Source of the DNA: an uncultured Erysipelotrichaceae bacterium
GTDB taxonomy: Bacteria > Bacillota_I > Bacilli_A > RF39 > UBA660
NCBI GenBank assembly: GCA_902788975.1
Contig: CADAMI010000002.1
Span: 1-51,967 of the forward strand
DNA length: 51,967 nt
Direction: 5' to 3'
In this document: piece after piece, positions 1 through 8,834 of the stretch
Numbering within the stretch: the first letter of the stretch is position 1
How the letters are laid out: each line of letters starts with the position of its first letter
The notes under the pieces: generated by a model
Seen by the model: only the letters and a program-made list of their open reading frames with translations
Database searches by the model: none
What the model was told of the DNA's origin: nothing
Position numbers and translations under genes: made by a program

Positions 1-108
1 AATTTATCTATCAGAAATTGGGAATGTCCTAATTGTCATACACAACATGATAGAGATATCAATGCAGCAATAAATATAATGCAAGAAGGATTAAGAACAT
101 TACCTTAA
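1..108 (+). CDS. tnpB: IS200/IS605-family TnpB, C-terminal fragment (gene starts before the window)
   Basis: Frame 1 reads [35 protein letters not shown], the Zn-ribbon CPxC plus RuvC-III HDRDxNAAxNI signature of TnpB. Confidence 0.93.
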   Translation, partial: NLSIRNWECPNCHTQHDRDINAAINIMQEGLRTLP

Positions 109-224
109 TCGCATTATAAATATTTAGTAGGGATGGAATAGCCCGAATTTACGCTTGCGGAGACTGTAGGTTACGAAGTCTGAGAACCAAGAAGCCCATC
201 GGCTTTAGACTATGGGTAGTTCAC
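1..224 (+). mobile_element. Right end of an IS200/IS605 (IS605/IS1341-type) element
   Basis: tnpB tail followed by subterminal hairpin GAAGCCCATCGGCTTTAGACTATGGGTAG and terminal TTCAC ending at 224; host coding frame resumes at 225. Confidence 0.85.
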
Positions 225-240
225 GTAATACTTACTGATT
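109..240 (+). ncRNA. TnpB omegaRNA (reRNA): scaffold to 224, guide from 225
   Basis: GC-richer structured stretch between tnpB stop and IS end (GGGATGGAATAGCCC; CTTGCGGAGAC...GTCTGAGAACCAAG; CCCATCGG...ATGGG); 5' boundary and guide length uncertain. Confidence 0.7.
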
Positions 241-443
241 TGTCAGAAGAAACTGCTAAAAGATTAGCTATGAAGCATAAACCGCAAGGACTAACTGAAA
301 ATATTAAAGTTGCAAAACTTGGTGGACATGCTGCTAAAGTTGCTAGAGATGATATAGAGAAAAATTTGGGTGAAAATGTAGTAACAAAAAATAATAGATT
401 AAATTATGAATATAAAGATGAAAAATTAATAGATAGTAAATAA
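225..443 (+). pseudogene. 3' half of a Bro/antirepressor-family gene interrupted by the IS
   Basis: Open frame from 225 (VILTDLSEETAKRLA...GGHAAKVARDDIEKNLGENVVT) aligns with the C-terminus of 640..1473 (LVLNMLAEVTSTEI...IAANTRKQIEEETGKKIVT); no own RBS. Confidence 0.75.
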
Positions 444-532
444 ACTGTTTATATCATGTGTAGAAAAAATATGTCTAATAGCCACGATTATGTTATGCTG
501 AGTGTAGTTAAACTTATCTATAACGATAAATA

Positions 533-599
533 GTTAACTTATTGTTAACAACATTTGTTTGTTTTTAATCTTGACATGCCTTATTTTATATGGTATTAT
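533..599 (+). promoter_or_regulatory. Repeated element copy 1 (divergent) fused to sigma-A promoter
   Basis: GTTAAC-TTATT-GTTAAC-A-ACATTTGTTTG-N9-TTGACA(571-576), 17 nt, TGG-TATTAT(594-599). Confidence 0.7.
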
Positions 600-639
600 T
601 TATTTAGTAAAAAAATATTAGTATGTAGGAGGTAAAGGT

Positions 640-1473
640 ATGGATAAAGATTTCAAATTAGTAGCTAAAATATTTGATGGTAAAAAAGTAAGAACTGTAT
701 GGAGCAAAGAGGAAGAGAAGTTTTATGTGAGTGTTGTTGATATAATTTCAGTACTGACAGATAGTGAGTATCAAATAGCAAGAAACAATTGGAAAATAAT
801 AAAATATAGATTAGTAAAAGAGGGAAATGAAACGGTTACAAATTGTAACCAGTTGAAATTAAAATCGCAAGATGGTAAAATGCGTATGACAGATGTCGTT
901 GACATTGAAGGTATGTTTAGATTAATTGAATCTATTCCATCTAAAAAAGCAGAACCTGTTAAACTTTGGCTTGCTAGACTTGGAAAAGAGAGAATAGATG
1001 AAGAATATGATCCAGAAATCACGATTAATAGAGCACTTGAAGCATATAGAAGAAAAGGTTATTCAGATGATTGGATTAATCAACGATTAAAAACAATAGA
1101 TGCAAGACACGAATTTACAGATGAATTAAAAAATAAAGGAATAGAAAGTAGTAAAGATTTTGCTATATTAACTGATACATTAACCAAAATATGGAGTGGT
1201 TATTCAGTAAAAGAATATAAACAACTTAAAAACTTAAAAAAAGAAAATTTACGAGATAATATGACTAATATGGAACTGGTTCTAAATATGCTTGCTGAAG
1301 TAACATCTACTGAAATATCAAAAAATTCAAGTGAATTTGGATATAATGGCGCATTAAATTCTGTTGAAAAAGGCGAAAAAATTGCTGCTAATACTAGGAA
1401 ACAGATAGAAGAAGAAACTGGCAAAAAGATTGTTACTAATAGTAATAATAAAAGTATTAAACAAATTAAATAA
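640..1473 (+). CDS. Bro-N domain protein (antirepressor-like DNA-binding protein)
   Basis: N-terminal F.GKKVRTVW...YVSVVDII.VLTDS...QLKLKSQDGKMRMTD...IPSKKAEPVKLWL, C-terminal LRDNMT motif; RBS AGGAGG. Confidence 0.85.
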   Translation: MDKDFKLVAKIFDGKKVRTVWSKEEEKFYVSVVDIISVLTDSEYQIARNNWKIIKYRLVKEGNETVTNCNQLKLKSQDGKMRMTDVVDIEGMFRLIESIPSKKAEPVKLWLARLGKERIDEEYDPEITINRALEAYRRKGYSDDWINQRLKTIDARHEFTDELKNKGIESSKDFAILTDTLTKIWSGYSVKEYKQLKNLKKENLRDNMTNMELVLNMLAEVTSTEISKNSSEFGYNGALNSVEKGEKIAANTRKQIEEETGKKIVTNSNNKSIKQIK

Positions 1474-1534
1474 AATGATATTTTTAGTATCTATAGTTAT
1501 GCCGCATTCTGGTAGTTCAAAAGAAGGAAAGTGA

Positions 1535-1876
1535 GTGGATAATATATATAATTTTGATTTATTAAATGATGAAGAAATAAAACTTATTGATGATAATGTT
1601 TTGATTTATAAAGATAATAAATTATATACCTTTATAATAACTAATAAAAGATTATTAGTTTTAGACTATCCAAGTGGATTATATAATTCAATGGAAGACT
1701 TAAGAATATCTGGTAAAATGAATTATATAAGAATGAAAGAAATTATTTTTGAGAGAAATCTTGATGATATTAAGTTAATATCTAATGATAGTGGTAAAAT
1801 AAAGATAAGTTTTATGGATGATAATTTTATAGAATTTAAAAGTGATGATGTTTATAAAGCAATAATTAGAAATTAA
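1535..1876 (+). CDS. Hypothetical protein (possible PH-like fold)
   Basis: 113-aa ORF with RBS AAGGA; IITNKRLL motif reminiscent of bacterial PH domains. Confidence 0.55.
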   Translation: MDNIYNFDLLNDEEIKLIDDNVLIYKDNKLYTFIITNKRLLVLDYPSGLYNSMEDLRISGKMNYIRMKEIIFERNLDDIKLISNDSGKIKISFMDDNFIEFKSDDVYKAIIRN

Positions 1877-1897
1877 TTACATATAAGAGGCAAGAAT

Positions 1898-2023
1898 ATG
1901 AAAGAAATAATTTATAATTATGATTTATTAGATGATGCTTTAGAAATATTAGAGAAAAGTATTGGGGATGCTAAAAGGAAAAATCCAGTATTAGATATGA
2001 TTGAAGCCATAAAGAATATATAA
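1898..2023 (+). pseudogene. 41-codon ORF, probable internally deleted gene remnant
   Basis: RBS GAGG then MKEIIYNYDLLDDALEILEKSIGDAKRKNPVLDMIEAIKNI*. Confidence 0.3.
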
Positions 2024-2121
2024 AAATATGTGGTGATGATACTAGAAGAGCTGAATGGCGATAATTATCATATATTGTAAATATATTTATTTTATTATAT
2101 AATTATAATGAAAGTGAGGAT

Positions 2122-2646
2122 ATGATGAAAAAAGATTTTTGGAGTGAAGCATTGATGCTTTTATGTGTTTTAATATTAGGAGTATGTCTTACAGTTTGGG
2201 CAGATAAAGTTACTACTCTGGTATCTATTTTACTAGGATGCTTGGCAGTTATATATGGAATTAGTGCTTTTATTAGTTATTTTAGAAATCAAGATAGAAT
2301 TATGAATGATCGCATGCAATTTATATTTGGAATAATTGTGTTAGTAATTGGTTTTACCTTAATATTTAAAGTTGATTTCTTAAAAGGATTAATTTCTTTT
2401 GTGGTAGGTATTTATATACTTCTTTCTAGTATACTTAGATTACAAGAGTGTCTTGATATTAAGAAAACATTAAATGTTAAAATGACTTCAGCAATTGTTT
2501 TATCAATACTTGGAATACTTGTCGGTATTTTGTGTATTGCTGGTAAGTTCTTAGTTCCTGATATGATAGTTACATATATTGGAGTTATGTTAATTATTTA
2601 TAGTGTTATTAGTTTTGTTGAATTAATTATTATTAAGAGAAAGTAG
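2122..2646 (+). CDS. HdeD/DUF308-like membrane protein
   Basis: About six hydrophobic helices with G-rich DUF308-type pattern. Confidence 0.7.
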   Translation: MMKKDFWSEALMLLCVLILGVCLTVWADKVTTLVSILLGCLAVIYGISAFISYFRNQDRIMNDRMQFIFGIIVLVIGFTLIFKVDFLKGLISFVVGIYILLSSILRLQECLDIKKTLNVKMTSAIVLSILGILVGILCIAGKFLVPDMIVTYIGVMLIIYSVISFVELIIIKRK

Positions 2647-2652
2647 GCTTAT

Positions 2653-4248
2653 ATGAAAAAGAAAATATGGATTGTTAGAATACTAATTATTATATTATTT
2701 GCATTTTTACTATATTATGTAACATTACCCGCTATTAATTTACATAATCCAGGATTTTATGCTTATTTGTTTATGATATTTATTTGTTATCTTATAACAT
2801 CTGGGATTAGTTTGTTTGATGGAGAAAGAGTTATTAATAAAGTAAAAAGATTACCAAGAAATACATTAATAGTTGTAAGTAGTGTTACAACAGTTATTGT
2901 ATTAATTATTTTGGTAAATGTAATATCTAGTCCATTATTTAATTCCAAGTCATGGGCTAGTAGAATTACGATTCAAGATGATACAAGTTTTACAGATGAT
3001 ATTAAAGAAGTAGATTTCAATCAAGTACCATTATTAGATAAGGATTCTAGTCAAAAACTAGGAGATAGAGTAATGGGACAGATGAGTGAACTTGTTAGTC
3101 AGTATTATGTATCAGATTTATATACCCAAATTAATTATAATAATGAAATAGTTAGGGTTACACCAATTGAATATAATGGATTTATTAAATGGTTAAATAA
3201 TAAAAAACATGGAGTACTTGGATATATTAAAGTTAATTCAGTAACGGGAGCAAGTGAATTAGTTAAATTGAATAAGGGTATGAAATATATGCCTAGTGCT
3301 TATATTTTTAAAGATTTAGATAGAGCTCTTAGATTTAAGTATCCAACAACAATCTTCGGAACAATTAGTTTTGAAATTGATAATGAAGGAAATCCTTATT
3401 GGGTTGTACCAACTATTAAATATACAGGCGTTGGGTTAAAAGAAGAAATAAATGGAATTGTTTTATTAGATCCAGTTACTGGTAAGACTAATAAATATAA
3501 TATTGACGAAGTACCTAAATGGGTTGACCAAGTGTATTCAGCAAGTTTAATAATTGAACAAATAGATGACTGGGGAATGTATAAGAATGGATTCTTAAAT
3601 TCAGTATTTAGTCAAAATGGGGTAGTACAAACAACTGAAGGATACAACTACTTGGTTAAAGATGATGATGTTTATATGTATACGGGTATTACTTCGGTAT
3701 CTACGGATGAATCTAATATTGGGTTTGTACTTACGAATATGCGCACTAAAGAAACTAATTTTTATGGCGTTCCAGGAGCTGAAGAATATTCAGCAATGGC
3801 ATCAGCTGAAGGTCAAGTTCAACAAATGAAATATATTTCTTCATTCCCATTATTAATTAATTTAAATAATAGACCAACATATTTAATGAGTTTAAAAGAT
3901 AATGCTGGACTTGTTAAAATGTATGCTTTTGTCGATGTAACTGATTATCAAAAAGTAGTTGTCACTGATAGTACATTAGGTATAGATGTAGCTGCTAATA
4001 ACTATTTGAATAATGCTAATTTAGGTAGTGGAGTTGCTAATAATAGTAAAGAAATTATTGTTAAAGCAATAAGTACAGCAATTATTGATGGGAATACTTA
4101 TTATTATATTATCGACAATGATAATCAAAAATATAAAGTATCTATAAAAATTAATAGTAGTCTATTACCATTTATTAATGTTGGTGATAAGATAGAAGTA
4201 AGTTATAATAAGATATCTGATGTTATCGATATAGTTAAGATAAAATAG
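2653..4248 (+). CDS. Conserved membrane protein with large extracellular domain (function unknown)
   Basis: Three N-terminal TM helices, then conserved-looking motifs GAEEYSAMASAEG and LKDNAGLVKMYAFV. Confidence 0.75.
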   Translation: MKKKIWIVRILIIILFAFLLYYVTLPAINLHNPGFYAYLFMIFICYLITSGISLFDGERVINKVKRLPRNTLIVVSSVTTVIVLIILVNVISSPLFNSKSWASRITIQDDTSFTDDIKEVDFNQVPLLDKDSSQKLGDRVMGQMSELVSQYYVSDLYTQINYNNEIVRVTPIEYNGFIKWLNNKKHGVLGYIKVNSVTGASELVKLNKGMKYMPSAYIFKDLDRALRFKYPTTIFGTISFEIDNEGNPYWVVPTIKYTGVGLKEEINGIVLLDPVTGKTNKYNIDEVPKWVDQVYSASLIIEQIDDWGMYKNGFLNSVFSQNGVVQTTEGYNYLVKDDDVYMYTGITSVSTDESNIGFVLTNMRTKETNFYGVPGAEEYSAMASAEGQVQQMKYISSFPLLINLNNRPTYLMSLKDNAGLVKMYAFVDVTDYQKVVVTDSTLGIDVAANNYLNNANLGSGVANNSKEIIVKAISTAIIDGNTYYYIIDNDNQKYKVSIKINSSLLPFINVGDKIEVSYNKISDVIDIVKIK

Positions 4249-4278
4249 AATTTAAGATATTTCTTAAGTTCTTTTTTT
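4247..4278 (+). terminator. Rho-independent terminator
   Basis: AGAATTTAAGA-TATT-TCTTAAGTTCT followed by T run. Confidence 0.8.
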
Positions 4279-4345
4279 GTTAACTATAAGTTAATACATT
4301 TGTTTGAATTTATTATTGACAATATATGTTACTTATTGATATAAT
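4279..4345 (+). promoter_or_regulatory. Repeated element copy 2 fused to sigma-A promoter
   Basis: GTTAACTATAAGTTAATACATTTGTTTGAATTTATTA-TTGACA(4316-4321), 18 nt, TGA-TATAAT(4340-4345); 4280-4321 identical to 33868-33909. Confidence 0.85.
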
Positions 4346-4351
4346 TGTTAT

Positions 4352-4723
4352 ATGAAGAATGTAGATATAATGTTAGATAATTTAAGTAAATCAAAATTTA
4401 GAAGTAGTTTTCACTTAAATAATAAAATGAAAAATTATGTTAAAGAAAAAGGCTTTGATACGATAAGAAAACATGCATATGAAATTATAAGTAATAGATT
4501 AAAACCTGAATATATATCAAATGATGGTAAACAAACACCAATGAGACAAGTACATCCAGTGTTTATAGCGCAACATGCATGTGCTTGCTGTTGTCGTGGT
4601 TGTTTAGAAAAGTGGCATAAAATATCTAGAGGTAGAGAATTAAGTGATGGTGAGATAAATTACGTTGTAGATATTCTTATGACTTGGATTAAGAGAGAAT
4701 GTAATTATAGGGATGGTGATTAG
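4352..4723 (+). CDS. DUF4186 family protein
   Basis: Motifs NDGKQTPM, HPVFIAQHA, CCCRGCLEKWH. Confidence 0.9.
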   Translation: MKNVDIMLDNLSKSKFRSSFHLNNKMKNYVKEKGFDTIRKHAYEIISNRLKPEYISNDGKQTPMRQVHPVFIAQHACACCCRGCLEKWHKISRGRELSDGEINYVVDILMTWIKRECNYRDGD

Positions 4724-5689
4724 ATGAAAAATGAGATAATGATTATTGATGAGAAAACAATTGAGGATAAAATATATGTTGTTCGTGGTAAGCAAGTTAT
4801 GATCGATAGTGATTTGGCTGCAATCTACGGATATGAAACGAAGGATTTTAATAGACAAGTCAGAAATAATATTGAGCGATTTGATGATGATTTTATGTTT
4901 CAACTAACTGATGATGAAGTAAACGAATTATCGAGGTGCAAAAAATTCACCACGATGCAGACAAAAGGTATAAAAGGTGGAAGAGTCTATAATCCGTATG
5001 TATTTACCGAACAAGGCGTTTATATGTTAATGACGGTATTAAGGGGAGAACTAGCTATAAAGCAAAGCAAGGCACTCATAAGAGTGTTTAAAAAAATGAA
5101 AGATTATATAATAGAAACAAATAAGTTAACTGGTTATAATAATGTAATCGATTTGGCATTACAAACTAAGGAAAATACTGATGATATAAAAATTATTAAA
5201 AAAGAATTAAATACTATTCATAAATTTTTAGATATTGGCTATGATAAGGAAATTATAATATTAAATGGACAACAGGTTGAAGCAAATTTGGCTTATAAAA
5301 GAATATATAGTTTAGCTAAAGAAAGTATTTATATTGTTGATGATTATATAAGTTTAAAAACATTAGTTTTGTTAAAAGATATAGATAAAAAGGTTAAGAT
5401 AACTATATTTAGCGATAATGTAAGTAAAAAATTACATGCGATAGAGTATAATGATTTTGTAAATGAATATGATTATTTAAATATTTCTTTTAAAAGTACT
5501 AATAATAAGTTTCATGATAGATATATTATAATTGATTATGGTAAAAGTAATGAAAAAATATTTCATTGTGGTTCTTCGTCAAAAGATTCAGGTAAAAAAA
5601 TTACAACAATTATGGAAATAAATGATAAGAAATTATATTTTGAACCAATTGATGATTTATTTAAGAATGATGAACTTATATTAACATAA
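4724..5689 (+). CDS. ORF6N domain protein with C-terminal PLD-like domain
   Basis: KIYVVRGKQVMIDSDLAAIYG...FMFQLT...PYVFTEQGVYML (ORF6N); C-terminal IVDDY...HDRYIIID...HCGSSSK. Confidence 0.85.
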   Translation: MKNEIMIIDEKTIEDKIYVVRGKQVMIDSDLAAIYGYETKDFNRQVRNNIERFDDDFMFQLTDDEVNELSRCKKFTTMQTKGIKGGRVYNPYVFTEQGVYMLMTVLRGELAIKQSKALIRVFKKMKDYIIETNKLTGYNNVIDLALQTKENTDDIKIIKKELNTIHKFLDIGYDKEIIILNGQQVEANLAYKRIYSLAKESIYIVDDYISLKTLVLLKDIDKKVKITIFSDNVSKKLHAIEYNDFVNEYDYLNISFKSTNNKFHDRYIIIDYGKSNEKIFHCGSSSKDSGKKITTIMEINDKKLYFEPIDDLFKNDELILT

Positions 5690-5704
5690 TGGAGGAAATG
5701 AAGA

Positions 5705-6112
5705 ATGGATAATCAAAAAGAAATAGTTTACTTATTATCTTTGATGATGGGTATTGGTGGTATGAATAATAATCCTTATAATGACTTCTTAATATTTGGT
5801 GATGAGAAATTATTAAATTATTCAGTTAGCTTAGTTTTAGAAATAGATAATCTTTTAGAGTAAGGATATATGAAAGAAGTGATAACTGAATTAATTAATA
5901 AGAGTAATTTTTGTGAAAATGATTTAGAATTATCTAGTGAAGAAGGAGTTATATTAAAAGAACATGCATATCATATTTTAGATATTAGATATGAATTATT
6001 TATGGAAAGTAAAAAGGAAGAAAAAGTAAAAAAATACTTGTTTAATAAGCAAAAATATGCTAATATAATATTAGTTTTTGAAAGGCGTATAATAGAAGTA
6101 GTAATAAATTGA
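5705..6112 (+). pseudogene. Hypothetical gene split by an in-frame TAA at 5861-5863
   Basis: RBS GGAGG at 5691, ORF 5705..5863 continues in frame (TAA GGA TAT ATG) into 5870..6112. Confidence 0.45.
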
Positions 6113-6298
6113 ATATTTATAGAGAGAATATGGTTGGTGAAAATATTTGATATGAAATTTATGAACTTGTCTATTTAGCTGATTTTTATCCGCAGAAATG
6201 CGTTAAAGTTTAGAGTGTATAACAATAGTTATAAAGTAAGGTGGTACCGCGATTATTCGTCCTTATATTTATAACTATTTTTTTATGAGGAGGATACT
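6110..6298 (+). promoter_or_regulatory. T-box riboswitch leader of leuS (Leu specifier)
   Basis: T-box AAGGTGGTACCGCG at 6238-6251 with CGTCCTT partner; specifier GAA-CTT (Leu) at 6166-6168; stem III TATAAC/GTTATA. Confidence 0.92.
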
Positions 6299-8698
6299 AT
6301 GTATAATTTTACAAAAATTGAAAAAAAATGGCAGAAGTATTGGGAAGAAAATAAGACATTTAAAGCTATTAATGGAGGAGAAAAAGAACCTTATTATATA
6401 TTGGTTGAGTTTCCATATCCATCAGGGGCTGGATTACATGTAGGGCACGTACGTAGTTATACAGCGCAAGATGCTTTGGCTAGAGTTAAAAGAATGCAGG
6501 GATATAATGTGTTATTTCCAATGGGATGGGATGCTTTTGGGGCACCTGCAGAGCAGTATGCAATAAAGAATCATATACATCCAAAGGAAGCGGTTATGGA
6601 AAATATTAAAACATTTAAGGGACAAATGTTATCTTTAGGATTTTCATTTGACTGGGATCGTGAGTTTTCAACGACAGATCCAGAGTATTATAAATGGACG
6701 CAATGGCAATTCTTACAATTTTATAAACATGGACTAGCTTATAAAGCTAAGAAGGATGTCAATTGGTGTCCTAACTGCAAGATAGTTTTATCAAATGAAG
6801 ATGCGGCTGGTGGAGTATGTGAAAGATGTGGTAGTAAAGTAGTTCAAAAAGAGAAAAGTCAATGGATGCTTAAAATGAGTGATTATGCTGAAGATTTGAT
6901 TAAAGGACTTGAAGATACAAACTTTGCTGATAGAGTTAAATTAGGCCAAATTAATTGGATAGGGAAATCTAATGGAGCAGAAGTTGATTTTACAATAGCG
7001 GAAACGGGTGATAAATTAACAGTTTACACGACAAGATGCGATACGTTATTTGGAGTTACCTTTATGGTTTTAGCGCCTGAACATCCAATGCTTGAAAAAT
7101 TAAATAATGTTATTACTAATATGGATGAAGTAAAGAAATATCAAGAATTTGCTAAAACTAAGAGTGCTTTTGAAAGAACAGAGGTTAATAAGGATAAAAC
7201 TGGTGTTAAACTTGAAGGCATTACTGTTAAAAATCCACTTAATGGTAGAGATGTAGCGGTATTTATATCTGATTATGTTATGATGGGATATGGAACAGGT
7301 GCTATTATGGCTGTTCCAGCTCATGACCAAAGGGATTATGAATTTGCAAAAAAATTTGGATTAGAAATTATTCCAGTAATTAAAGGCGGGGATATATCTA
7401 AAGAAGCCTATACTGGGGATGGCGAGATGATTAACTCTGATTTCTTGAATGGCTTTACTAATAAAAAAGATTCAATAAAAAGAATGCTCGAGTACTTAGA
7501 AGAGCATAAATTAGGTAGAGCTAAGGTTAATTATAAACTTCAGGATTGGATATTCTCAAGACAAAGATTTTGGGGAGAACCAATTCCAATGATATATTGT
7601 GATAAATGTGGATGGCAACCAGTACCTGACGAAGATTTACCATTACTTTTACCTGATGTTGCAGAGTATGAGCCAACTGATGATGGGGAAAGTCCACTTG
7701 CAAAAATTGATTCATTTGTTAATACAACTTGTCCAAAGTGTGGAGGAAAAGCTAAAAGGGAAACAGATACAATGCCTAACTGGGCAGGATCTAGTTGGTA
7801 TTTCTTAAGATATATGGACCCACATAATGAGCATGAATTCGCATCAATGGATGCGATGAAATATTGGAAAAAAGTTGATTGGTATAATGGTGGAATGGAA
7901 CATACAGCAAGACATTTATTGTATGCAAGATTCTGGGTACAATTCTTATACAACGTTGGTTTAGTACCATCAAAAGAAATGATTTGGACAAGAGTTAGTC
8001 ATGGAATGGTACTTGGCTCTGATAATCAAAAAATGAGTAAATCTAAAGGAAATGTAATTAATCCAGATGAAATAGTTAGTGATTATGGGGCAGATGTTTT
8101 GAGAATATATGAAATGTTTATGGGAGATTATACACAAGATGCGCCATGGAATACTAATTCTTTAAGAGGATGTAAAAGATTTATCGATAGGATATATCGT
8201 TTAAAAGAAAAATTAAATAATAAAGATGGATATACAAAAGAACTTGAAGCAATTCAGAATAAAACTATTAAAGGTATTAGCTATGATTTAGAACATATGG
8301 GATATAACACATATATATCTAAATTAATGATTTTAACGAATGCTTATGAAGAAAAGGAAAGTATTACTAAAGAAGATTACAGATTATTATTAATCTTATT
8401 AAATCCAGTAGCTCCACATTTAACGGAAGAATTAAATCAAGAAATGGGTTATGACTTAATATCAAATGCGACATGGCCTAAATGTGATGAGACTAAAATT
8501 GTTGAAGAAGAAAAAGAAATTGCCGTGCAAGTAAATGGTAAAGTTAGAGCAACAATTAATATTTCAGTTAATGAAGATGAAGAATTAATAAAAGACAAGG
8601 CTCTTTCATGTGAAAATGTTAAGAAACATTTAGAGGGACTACAAATTTTAAAAATAATGGTAATAAAAAATAAAATAGTAACGATAGTTGCTAAATAA
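6299..8698 (+). CDS. leuS: Leucine--tRNA ligase
   Basis: FPYPSG.GLHVGH (HIGH), GTGAIMAVPAHDQRD editing motif, KMSKS; Leu T-box upstream. Confidence 0.98.
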   Translation: MYNFTKIEKKWQKYWEENKTFKAINGGEKEPYYILVEFPYPSGAGLHVGHVRSYTAQDALARVKRMQGYNVLFPMGWDAFGAPAEQYAIKNHIHPKEAVMENIKTFKGQMLSLGFSFDWDREFSTTDPEYYKWTQWQFLQFYKHGLAYKAKKDVNWCPNCKIVLSNEDAAGGVCERCGSKVVQKEKSQWMLKMSDYAEDLIKGLEDTNFADRVKLGQINWIGKSNGAEVDFTIAETGDKLTVYTTRCDTLFGVTFMVLAPEHPMLEKLNNVITNMDEVKKYQEFAKTKSAFERTEVNKDKTGVKLEGITVKNPLNGRDVAVFISDYVMMGYGTGAIMAVPAHDQRDYEFAKKFGLEIIPVIKGGDISKEAYTGDGEMINSDFLNGFTNKKDSIKRMLEYLEEHKLGRAKVNYKLQDWIFSRQRFWGEPIPMIYCDKCGWQPVPDEDLPLLLPDVAEYEPTDDGESPLAKIDSFVNTTCPKCGGKAKRETDTMPNWAGSSWYFLRYMDPHNEHEFASMDAMKYWKKVDWYNGGMEHTARHLLYARFWVQFLYNVGLVPSKEMIWTRVSHGMVLGSDNQKMSKSKGNVINPDEIVSDYGADVLRIYEMFMGDYTQDAPWNTNSLRGCKRFIDRIYRLKEKLNNKDGYTKELEAIQNKTIKGISYDLEHMGYNTYISKLMILTNAYEEKESITKEDYRLLLILLNPVAPHLTEELNQEMGYDLISNATWPKCDETKIVEEEKEIAVQVNGKVRATINISVNEDEELIKDKALSCENVKKHLEGLQILKIMVIKNKIVTIVAK

Positions 8699-8707
8699 TT
8701 ATTTTAT

Positions 8708-8738
8708 GAAATCTGTTTTATAATAGATTTCTTTTTTT
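8708..8738 (+). terminator. Terminator after leuS
   Basis: GAAATCTGTT...AATAGATTTC plus T run. Confidence 0.7.
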
Positions 8739-8834
8739 ATTAAATATTTTTAATTCTATTGTTTTTTCTAACTATTTATGATATCATTTATTATGATATA
8801 AGATAATGTATTAGTATAATCTCGAAAGGGGTAT

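Noticed and set aside
109-224. IStron (group I intron-IS hybrid) restoring the Bro gene
   Set aside because: The element ends in TCAC, whereas group I introns need a terminal G; no intron core is visible in the window.
4279-4321. Repeated element as chromosomal dif site or classical integron attC
   Set aside because: It does not match the 11-6-11 XerC/XerD layout, occurs several times, lacks the long attC hairpin and has no integrase nearby; only a loose core resemblance is kept as a hypothesis.
225-6112. Prophage remnant
   Set aside because: Only antirepressor-like genes, interleaved with ordinary membrane-protein genes; no structural, replication or integrase genes.
7100-7991. Overlapping short ORFs within leuS (and similar antisense ORFs in greA, ackA, ABC genes, tsaE, toxN)
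   Set aside because: Antisense or alternate-frame shadows of well-supported genes, with no RBS or motifs.
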